Origin: Catajapyx aquilonaris
Lineage: Eukaryota
Assembly (NCBI GenBank): GCA_000934665.2
Contig: KZ538120.1
Location: forward strand, 62,001-121,222
Direction: 5' to 3'
Length of the DNA stretch: 59,222 nucleotides
Shown here piece after piece: positions 49,409-59,222 of the stretch. Numbering within the stretch: position 1 is the first letter of the stretch; each line of letters starts with the position of its first letter. The translations under genes and the position numbers were made by a program. Under the pieces are notes generated by a model that worked only from the letters and a program-made list of their open reading frames with translations, was not told the DNA's origin and ran no database searches.

Positions 49409-51616
49409 GTGAGTTCTCTCTCTCTCTCTCTACTTTTTTTTTCTTCCCCCTGGCCAAAGTTTGAGCTAATGTTATACGAGCCCCCTGAGGAAACCAGTCA
49501 AAACGCTAAAATTGTTGAGAACCCATACACAAGATTTGGAAAGATGAAAAGTTTGGTTCTGTGAGGCTCCACCAGTGGAAAAGTAAACGTGCTCCCTAAC
49601 TACTAAGGATGTCCGAGTTCCTTTGGAGAAAGGGTTGGGTTTGGGTATATAGAGAGTGGGTGGTGTAACCATAGAAACCTGTTGCCTGGGTTCAGGAAAG
49701 GCTTCATTGCCAATCATGATACCGATACTGTGGCGCAGGAAGAGGAAAATATATGGAGAAGTTGGGAAAATATATATTTGCGGTGAAAAGGGCGAAGTTT
49801 GCAGGAAAATGTCATATTTTTCGTGTGTAATGATTGTACCAGATGCTATTCAATTTTTTGGCGGCGATTAATAAACACGAATAAAATCCTTTCATGCCTT
49901 GGCAGATCATCCATCTTCGGCTGTGCGACGGGTAATTAGGATCGCTCAAGTCTCGAGGGTACGTTAAATGTCAGGTGTAACTATTCGGATAAGTGTTGTT
50001 CCATCTGAAATTGGCGACCAAAATGACAAAATCAAGCAAATACGTGCGTGCTTGTGAAACTTTGTGATTCATTCCCAGTTTTTTTCCAATTATTTTGCAG
50101 CCTAGAGCAGTACAATGATCTTACCCAGAAAATTGAACAAGTCGTTATTTATTTCGTAACCAGAAATGAGGTTTGGAAGATTGGTTGCGGCTGATGAATA
50201 ATGTCTCGCAATATACGCTTTTGCTGCCTGGTTGCATTTTTGCCTACGCAGAATTAACCATGACTTCAGCACAACAATGCGAAATTGGCAGTCTAGAGTT
50301 TTAGGCCCCAATATTTTCAACAATTCTCCTCAAAACCGAAAGCGACTAATTTTGTTTCGGCTGTTGAACCGCCCTTGAAGACAATGGGGGTTTGTTTTGA
50401 TACGTCTTACTGGCTATTGTTCCAGAGTTTGGGGAGCGCATTTCAAGAATAACCCGCAGGGGGCCATGCCAGAGAGATACATTATAATAAAATGGCAAAC
50501 TCCTTCAAGGAGCTTGGAAGGGACTGGATATGGCATGTTGAAAGTGCGCCGTTAGCAAAGAAAATGTTTGCCTCTCTCTTCGTAGCTCCCCCCTCCCCCT
50601 TCCTATATAGTATATACCCTCATCAACTAGTAGACCGAGTCTAGTATCCAAATCCTGCGTTCGCCAACTCCATACCATTTCTTAGGACCCCCGGATGAAA
50701 TATATATGAGCCCACTCAACCATGTACTGTATTGAATTTCCCGGAGGAATCCGAGAGTCTTGTTCGCTTCTCGAAGACTGCTGGGCCTCCAGAGTTGGCA
50801 GGAGACTCTTCTGAAGAGTACAGGACCCACCGTTTTTCCACCCGAAGAAACCTTTCAAATCACGTGGAAATAGTCCACAAGTCAACTTTATTGCCGATTC
50901 AATTTTGTTGTCGATGGGTAATTGAAGGGGTTCTTGGGAAAACGAGTCTTACATGTCCGCGAAATGATTTGGCGAAGTTAATGGTCAACAGTTGCTGCTG
51001 TGGGGAATATTGCAAGTTATGTGGGTTAGAAGTGTTTCTCTCTCTAGTAATAAACGTGTTGTGACAAATAGCATGAGTAGTTTGTGGAAAAGTATTTCCA
51101 AAAATGCAGTCGTGTATGTGCAATGCATCGGGAATTATTTTTAGAAGTAAATATTGCTTACAGTAGTAGACAGTGAATAATTACGGGTTTCTTGTGAAAT
51201 TTTCCCTTTAGCAATACTAGACAAAATGTTTGTAGCACACGGTAGCACATCCTGGATGTGCATGCATAATTATGAATTTTTATCGGATTTGATCTGCTAT
51301 AATAAGCTTATTAGTACATCAGGCTTTCTGTATATTTAAAAAAAAGCATTTTGAACTAAAACGCTTTTTAGAGCTGATGAATAATGTGTATATGGTACTA
51401 GTATGCCCTTTTGTGTGGCTATATATATTTTTACAATATTTTTGCAATTATGTACTCATGGCACTATTTACCTTATTCTGTTACATACACACGGTATGCT
51501 CTTATGCTAATGTAGACTACCAGTTGTGATCAGTTTTAGAGAGGACCAAATATATAGTTTAAGTAATGAATGATATTCCCACACCCATTTGCATTTTATT
51601 AGACAGCAGATTGGTG

Positions 51617-51643
51617 AATATTGCAATATTGCAATATTGCAAT
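51617..51643. repeat. (AATATTGC)3 self-complementary tandem repeat
   Basis: AATATTGCAATATTGCAATATTGCAAT directly visible. Confidence 0.85.
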
Positions 51644-53572
51644 TAAAATATGTCAGTATGAGTCACAATAAACAGAAGCAAACAGAATCATCTCATCGCT
51701 ATTGAACGGCTGTCCATTAATTTACACGACGTTGCATTATTGAGCATATTCGGATAATTATATTATTGGGGAAATCAGCTGGTTATGGGACATTCTTCTT
51801 ACGACAACAGCAATCTAATAGTACCTCAGGCGCTAATCCTGCTGACTGGCCAATTTCCACCGAATTTTAGTCCTGGCACGCATACAAGCCACAGGTACCC
51901 AAATAATATAATCCTGGACCCACCAGCAAGCAAAGCAAGGAACGAAGAGGTTCAGCTGGGCGGTGGCAAAAGTCCCGGGAGGAAGAGCGATAGATGTGTT
52001 TACAATGACGGTCGACATGACCGCTTGGTGTCCCCTGGGTTAAAGTGCTGCTGGTTTCATTCTGTCTGTCCCGGTGCCTTTGACAAAAAAGCACCTTCGC
52101 AGTCGGTCATCAGCCCTTGGTCTGGAAAACCAGGGGCTGGGATGGGTGGGTGGGGGTACTTCAATTACCACCCTCTTCCCACCCTACCAAATCTGTGTGT
52201 TTATTTATGTGTGTGTGTACCTACGTACAGTACAGTATATATGTGAGGCCTAGCGGTCGCAATTCGCGCACACCCCTCGCTTGCTAATACGCTAGAAATT
52301 CACAGAGGGAATTTTTTACCCTAACTTAATTTGTGTGCCATCAGTAATATTTATTGCTGCATCATGAATCTGTAGGCTCTGGTCGACCTGCATCTACCCG
52401 CATTGTTGACATGGTAGGTTTTGGCCTGCAAATGCGTTCCGTGATGTGAAATGTGGAATTAGTGATAACGGGACAGGGTTAATTTGCATGGCCTCCCAGG
52501 GCTGCTCTCGATTTGCGGTATCGCAACAAAATGCCCCCCCCTCACTTCTAAATAGTTTTTGTGCTGAATATTTCAGATCCACTAAATGGTGGTGTAATTT
52601 GTCTGGCGATTTATCTCTCCCGGATTCCGTTTCAAGTCTCTCTTTTTGTCGGCGGCCCGCCTCACCAACACTTCAATTAGGAGGTCAATAAGAGCCAGTC
52701 CAAGACCCTTTTAAAAACCTAATTTGGGTCATGTTGGCCATGGGTTTTACTGATTCCACGGGTAGAGCATTAGCCCAGATTTTACATGCCTATTTTGTAT
52801 ATTTAAAACGGAATGTGTTATTTGATGAGAATAATTAGAGCCTATAGCATAAACCACACCAAAATGAACCAAAATGTAAAAAAAATGGCAATGAATGTAT
52901 GTGACCGTTTGTTATAAATGCACCGTACAATATATCTGGAGAAGCTTCTAGAGCAGGCAGAGTCTGCAAATTAAGAGTCGACATGCTCTGGCGGGTGCTC
53001 TGGTGTCACATCAACAGGGGAAGGTGTTGTGCCCTCGCCCTACTACTTCACTTCAGTTGAAAGGACAAACTGCATTCATGAAATATGTGTTTTGTCATTC
53101 CATTTCTGTGAGACTCGCTTTTCAGGAGTTGGATGTAGCAAAAAAATGTGTTGCAACGTGCCTGCAAGGAATTTGATGTGATTATTTAAGAGCCTGCAGT
53201 TTGTGACGAATTAGGTATATAGGTTCCGCCTACTAATCTTTTTTTGAATAACTTGAGGCTGTAAGATGACAAAGAGAAGAAATGCAAGAGGAATGTTTAA
53301 AATCCGCTCATATAAAATGTATTTTGCGCGGAAATGTATATAATCTTCCATAATGCGGACATCTAAAAAGAGATTGAAAGAGATTGATCATTAAGGAATA
53401 TATATTTCTGCATTTTTTATTATGTAAGGAGCGTTTTCAGCACCGTTTTAATTATATAATAATTCATACCCCGTTATCAGCCATCAGCTCTTTAGGGGGT
53501 AAGTTTTTTTTTGTTTTTCCTGGAACTCTTTGCTTTTTCATTTTACTGTGCTCGGTGGGATAGGATAGGGGC

Positions 53573-53739
53573 GGAAAGAAGCGGCTGTGGCCTATTTACT
53601 GAAGCAACTCCGGGATTTTCCTGGAAGGACCGTGGGAAACCACAGAAAACCACGGTCAGAGTTACCGGCCCCGGGATTTGATCCCAGGACCTCCCGATTA
53701 ACAGTCGGACACCATATCCCCTCCCCCAAACTGCTTCGG
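53573..53739 (-). mobile_element. Degenerate tRNA-derived SINE
   Basis: + strand GGAAAGAAGCGGCTGTGGCCTATTT...CCTGGAAGGACCGTGGGAAACCACAGAAAAC...GGGATTTGATCCCAGGACCTCCCGATT...CTTCGG resembles the reverse complement of a SINE body I recall from arthropods. A degenerate B-box (GGATCAAATCC) lies on the minus strand. Confidence 0.7.
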
Positions 53740-56700
53740 TTAGTTTTAATTAAATGTGACCCTTAGAGCAAAGATGATAATGGAAATGTGCAAGGGTCTA
53801 GCGGAGATAGGCAAAGTTTCTGTGATCCGCATGCGCATTAAACTTTAATTTTTCACATTCTCTATGCATTTTTAGTCGCTGTTTTTTGTTTACTTAGTAT
53901 TCCGAGCCCTGCTTCATTACGCTTGTATGCAGGGTGTTAAATATTTGGAGTGCACAGGTTTTTACCATGCATGCACCGGGGAATATTTAGATATTTCATC
54001 ACACCACAAAGGTAGCCTATGTGTTCAATCAAACTATTTCTGAGTGCATATTACTGTTACAGTACCAGTTAATAAATCATCGCATGCTCCAGCATTATTG
54101 GAATACTTTTTGCTGTATCGTAACAGAAACTGCAGATTCTATATAAAAAACCCTGCCAAAAAACCATTCCAATAAAACAGGACCAAAGTTGGCCTGATGA
54201 TCAAATCTAAAATCTGGACGTACACATCTGGCTGGGGGCAGCACACACTGCAACCTCCCATTTTGGAAAGGTGACGGAAAAGTAGTGACGCGAGAGCCTC
54301 CGGAGGGCCGGGCAATGCCATCAACAGGTTTTCCCCGAGTCTGCTGACAACTTGACGACCGCAGTGGGCCAACTGACCATCGGTTTTAAAGCCCCAGCAC
54401 GCCCCACAGAACACGCTTTGCACCCCTCGTCTCACTATATAGGACCTAGCACAGCTATACAGTTAACCCTACATGAAAGTCTTTGCTTTTATTATTAATG
54501 AGCAACCTGCATGTACACAAGATGATTCGTAACGAAATTTTGCGGATTCCCCCTCGCACAATAAGCTTTGAAGGATGTGGAAATGAATGCACGGTGTTAT
54601 ACAGGGAAGCCAAATTTTGAAGCTAAACCTCAAACCACTCCTAAGACGCACCTTTCCATCCTAGAAGGCCGGCCTTGCAAAAGCCCATTTTGTCGGGCCC
54701 CGCCATCCGCTGGGAAATCCGCATAATAATTAGGAGCTTCTAAACAATTAGCAGTACATGGTGCCATTAGCGTCTCGCCACCAGACCACCCCACCTTTCT
54801 ATATACGTTTGCCGGCTTACAAACAGAATATCCAAACAAACGACACATTTTTGTCTGGCCTCCCCGCCTGCTTTACCACGCACAATTTTTGTTGTTGTTT
54901 GCTCTGCTGTATATGCGCCATCATGATGAAATCTTAACATTTAATTTAATCTGGACAGTGAGGTGGTCCATGGCCCGGAGTCCGCATGTGTTTCCGGAGA
55001 AGCGCAAAATAATGGGTGCTTAAGAAAACGAGCTGGCAAGGGAACATGACATGCACCCAAGGGCCTTTAGCATTTCGAGTAGACTGCAAATGGGAGGCAA
55101 GGCTTTTCTATAGTAGTGTAGTACTAGGCAGAGCAATAACAAGAAACAGCCTCGGGAGGGGCAGGCAAAAGCAGCAAGCAGACAAGGGAAAAGGGCCGCT
55201 TGCTCGACTTCGCACCAGAACTAGCCCAAGCCAGCCTTCAAGGCAAAACAGCCTCCCTGCTTCAAAAGCCTTAGGCCTACTTCACGGATAATAAATTCTG
55301 AAATAATATTTGGCCTCCTTTGCTCAACCCTCCGGAATTTACGTACGGAAAAGTATTTTTTTAAGAGGGTGAATTTCTCCGGTTGCATCTTCTGCCAACA
55401 CAGCAAAAGCCTCTTAAATGGAACTAGACTCCAGGTGACTTCCCTGGGAAGCGGGCATTAATTAATGATGAGATGCAGCCGAGGGTATTGATGAGGCGAT
55501 CGGGTTGACTACTGAATGATTGATGCGACATGTCATTCCTGCTGGAAATGGACGTAGTAGGAACTCCAGATTCCAGCAGCTGGAAAATTCCTTGAAGTAA
55601 ATTTGAAAAAAAAGCTTGCCAAAATTGAGGGTCATTGGCGGCACTATTTGCAACAACCTCTTCCTAACTGGAAGGAAATTTCAATCTCCGGCTCAATCCA
55701 CGTCGCTCGAGAAATCAGCTCTACAAAATACGGCGCCTCCGGATAGGATGAGGCCGGATGTGGCCAATTTTTCTTGCCATTTTTTTTGCGTTCATTTAAT
55801 ATGCATTATGCTGGCTTGCAGTCATACTTTTTTTTACACTCTAGGCTCGTAAGGAAATTAAATGCCATTACCAAAATTGCTTAGCTAGTTTATTGCAGTG
55901 TGACTCTAACACTGCGGATTTTAGTTTGCTCAAATAGAATCCATTGTTGCCATATTAGAGGCGCCATGTGAATTTAATTATCCGTTGCTTTTGAAGACAA
56001 AAGATCACGCAAAAAATGAAAGGGCAAATTGCCATCCATTATTCCAGTGTGGTGACGTGCTCCGTAATATTCTTATCGGTGCATTCGGGTGGGACAACCG
56101 CAGAAACCTGCAACTGTCAACCTCCACTCGTCATTTCATTGCCAATTATATGTGCCATCATGCGAAAGGGATTTAATTAGAAAACAGGACGGTAACCGAA
56201 TTGCCACTAATAGGCCTATACGGCTGTGCATTAAAACACGCGCTCATTTATTTGAACAGATGCACAATTGCATCCTGGAATATGTAGTTGTGGAGCGTGT
56301 GCCTGGACCACACTCGTAATGGCCGAGTTTGAGAATAAATAATGACAAATAATTTGTTTGCATGCTGTCCTGATGTCACGTTGATGTTATGCCGTTTGTT
56401 CCAGCATTGTATGTGCATGTTGCATCTGCTGAAAAGGGCAGGAAAAGTTACCCGATTGCGATGTTGGAGGCTATAATTGACTTGGTGTTGACTGTACGTG
56501 TGTGTGCAGATATTCCCTAAACTAATGGGATTTAATTTTTAATGGCACTGATGCGCAGTAAACATGCTAATTTAATATCTTCTACAGCCGGTTCGGAAAA
56601 AGGAAATTACGGCCAATAACAACAAACAAGGGAAAAATGAAAAGTGGTGAAAAATTCACGACATTTTCTCCTCGCCGCCCCGTAAATCGCGTTTACACCT

Positions 56701-57856
56701 ATTTTCCTCCCTCTAACAACATTTTGCAGTATCCTTCGCAATTCAGTTGCCAAATCATTTTTCTCATACTCGCAAACACAGCAAAAAACTACTAATTGAG
56801 CACTAATGATGGCTTGGAACAATGGTTTAAAATTTAGGCCCGGTTTCTTGCCCCCCCCCCCCTCCATTGTCTCACCCCTTCCCCCTACTCATGGCCGGAT
56901 TGAGAAAACTGATGGCGCGGCATGCAAATATTATTACGGGGGCTATTGTGGGGCGGATATACGTTGGCCACTACATCCTTTTGTAGCAGCAGTAAATTGA
57001 ATCGGATCGATGTATACTTCATACAAACCCTCTCCCTTCCCCAAGAAGATACTGCCAGAGACTGAGAGAGACTGCAGTGATTTCGTTGCCTAATTCCGAC
57101 GGTGGAGGGATGGGCCTAATCGGCAAAATCTGCTTTGACGTTTTCACTCCGGACCAGCAGGTGCAGTCTTTCATCTCTGGGATGCCTGCCTGGCACTATG
57201 AAGCCCTAGATATGCCTTTGCCCAACATTCCGACCAAGGGGTGTGAACCTGAATTTTCCGTGTCTGAATTTCCTGTAGGTATATGCACCTTTTATTAGGT
57301 TTGGGCGTATAGTCACTTAAGCAACTTGCTAAACACCGGTGTGTAAAAAAATTCATGTAAAATGTTAACCATATGACCCCATACGACCTGTAACCAAAAG
57401 TCACCCTTTTTTTTTGTATAATATATGCCTCCAGCTAATTCCGTTGGACCAACTAGGCTTCTTGATCAGTGATGAGGTTATTCACATGGAACTTGCCCCT
57501 GATTTTTTTTTTTTTCAAGGCAAAAAAGTCAGCAATTTCAGAGTCAAGATTGGATAGGTTCATTTGGAAGCAAAAGTGGTATTTACATTTTGGGTTTAAT
57601 TTGAGACCACTTATTGGTCATCCCGGAGAGGGGCTTGACACAATATGGCGCAATTAGCCCCGGATTTTGGGTGGCTGCAGATTGGACTCTATTTTTTGCT
57701 GTTGTTGAACCCAGAGGATGGTGGAGTAATTTAGTAGGTTCCTGAAATGGGGGTGTAAAGTGCAGAGCGTTTTCTCGCGTTTGGGATCCCAAAAAGCGAG
57801 CTTTTCCAAAAGCCGAAGAAAAGGCTCCGTCTCTTTCTCTTCGCACCCCCCCCCCC

Positions 57857-57898
57857 NNNNNNNNNNNNNNNNNNNNNNNNNNNNNNNNNNNNNNNNNN
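57857..57898. other. Assembly gap (42 N) between a poly-C and a poly-G run
   Basis: Directly visible. Single Ns also occur in or beside G/C runs at 7236, 10687, 14383 and 26345. Confidence 0.99.
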
Positions 57899-58962
57899 GG
57901 GGGGGGGGGGGAGCAGGGAAAAAAAAACTGAAGGCAAAGACACTGAATAAACACCAGGTCGAAATTTTTGCAATCCAAACTTTTCTGAACAGTAATTTTA
58001 CATTTGATGTGACCATGTAAACATTGCTGGACCGGACCTACTTGAAGCTAGGAGGTTTTTCTACACCGCATAATTTTCCACCACGTTAGCATTCAACACA
58101 TGACGCGAATGACCTTCCAATGAATGCTCATTGAATCTGAATTTTAAAAACAGTTGGGAAGCCTAAATAAATCTACCGCCCCCCTCCCCTCTCTCTCCCC
58201 TACCCCTACCCAGGAAATAATAAAAAAAGCGAGCTTTGAAACCCAACGGCTGAGTGAATGGGTTGCAGGTGCCCAATTACGCATTCATACGGTTTCATTG
58301 AAACTTTGCACTGTTTTTTTGGGGGGGCCAAAAAAGGGAAAACAACCGCTGGTTGAATAAGTGGGCAAAACGGGAATTGCGATAACAATCGCTCGTATTT
58401 ATCCTCCCTCCGCGGTAATAAACAACAACACTGTTTTGTGGATGGAAACTGATGTGCCATCTTTTTATTAACAATTTTAAAAATCTGACCTATCGGATTG
58501 CCTGTTATGAAGCTCGAGAGTGGTAAAAGGATAGCAGTCTGTTATTTTGTACTGATCTCTGAGGAATGTCCTATCCAGAGAAAAAACTGTTGAATTCCGG
58601 GCTAAGCTGAAGATGATGGGGTTTTCTCCCTGTCAACTCGGTAAGAGCTAGAGTTATGCTTTGGAGCAAAACTGGCGAATGGTGTGTGAAGAAGGTGCAA
58701 AAAGGTTGGGTTTTCTATCGACATTAAAATGCCATCACATTTCTAATATTGGACGGGATTAAACCAATGCAATTTACGTGTCTACACACATAACATTAGG
58801 AAATTAGGATTCCCCCTCAAACCCTAGCGGATAGCAAATGGGAAAATTAATAAATAAATACATAAATAAATTACCAAACATTAGGAAATTAGGAAAGCAT
58901 TTCATACCGGGAGACCGAATGTGACAGAGGTAGGGGCACGCTGTACCAATCTACCCCCATGA

Positions 58963-59032
58963 CCTATCTTTCAGCGGATACACGCCTATTATTCAGCGGA
59001 TCCACGCCTATCCTTCAGCATATATAAGCCTA
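58963..59032 (+). repeat. 22-bp minisatellite, about 3.2 copies (CCTATYHTTCAGCGGATMCACG)
   Basis: Units start at 58963, 58985, 59007 and 59029 (partial); the third unit is more diverged. Confidence 0.85.
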
Positions 59033-59081
59033 GGAATGTAGGTAAACGTACGGGGTCTCCTGATATGAAAGCATAACCGGA

Positions 59082-59084
<3 letters not shown>

Positions 59085-59141
<57 letters not shown>
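59085..59141 (+). repeat. (TAT)19 microsatellite
   Basis: Directly visible. Confidence 0.97.
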
Positions 59142-59222
59142 GCGGTGGTGAAGCTGAACGTGATCTTTTAGATGGGATGCTACAAGAGTCGAGATGTGGG
59201 GGATGAGGAGGGGTGGGGGAGG

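Noticed and set aside
57077..57278. Exon-like ORF ending at GTAG|GTATAT
   Set aside because: No transmembrane stretch or IA-2 similarity, and no convincing phase-0 acceptor
58963..59032. 22-bp repeats as a CRISPR-like array
   Set aside because: Head-to-tail copies with no unique spacers, in a eukaryotic intron

Overview
Eukaryotic (invertebrate, probably arthropod-like) genomic DNA. Almost none of the supplied six-frame ORFs are real genes. The window holds the 5' part of one large spliced + strand gene, an IA-2/PTPRN-family (receptor-type tyrosine phosphatase-like, dense-core-vesicle) gene. I joined 14 exons by hand from ATG 2926 to 45349, all with GT-AG boundaries and matching phases (1833 nt, 611 codons, no stop). 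They encode a signal peptide, the Cys-rich RESP18-homology region, a long acidic pro-region with several basic cleavage motifs, and the SEA-like IA-2 ectodomain. A further 18-nt in-frame microexon (49391-49408, YIHFGK) has UGC motifs next to its 3' splice site. The transmembrane and phosphatase exons were not found and should lie downstream. Upstream is a tandem array of ERSE/UPRE/octamer-like motifs interrupted by a MITE. The introns carry a tRNA-derived SINE, small inverted-repeat elements, microsatellites, many poly-G/C tracts and a 42-N gap. I see no prokaryote-type system such as CRISPR or operons. The best leads are the microexon, the ER-stress-like promoter array and the possibly peptide-yielding pro-region.
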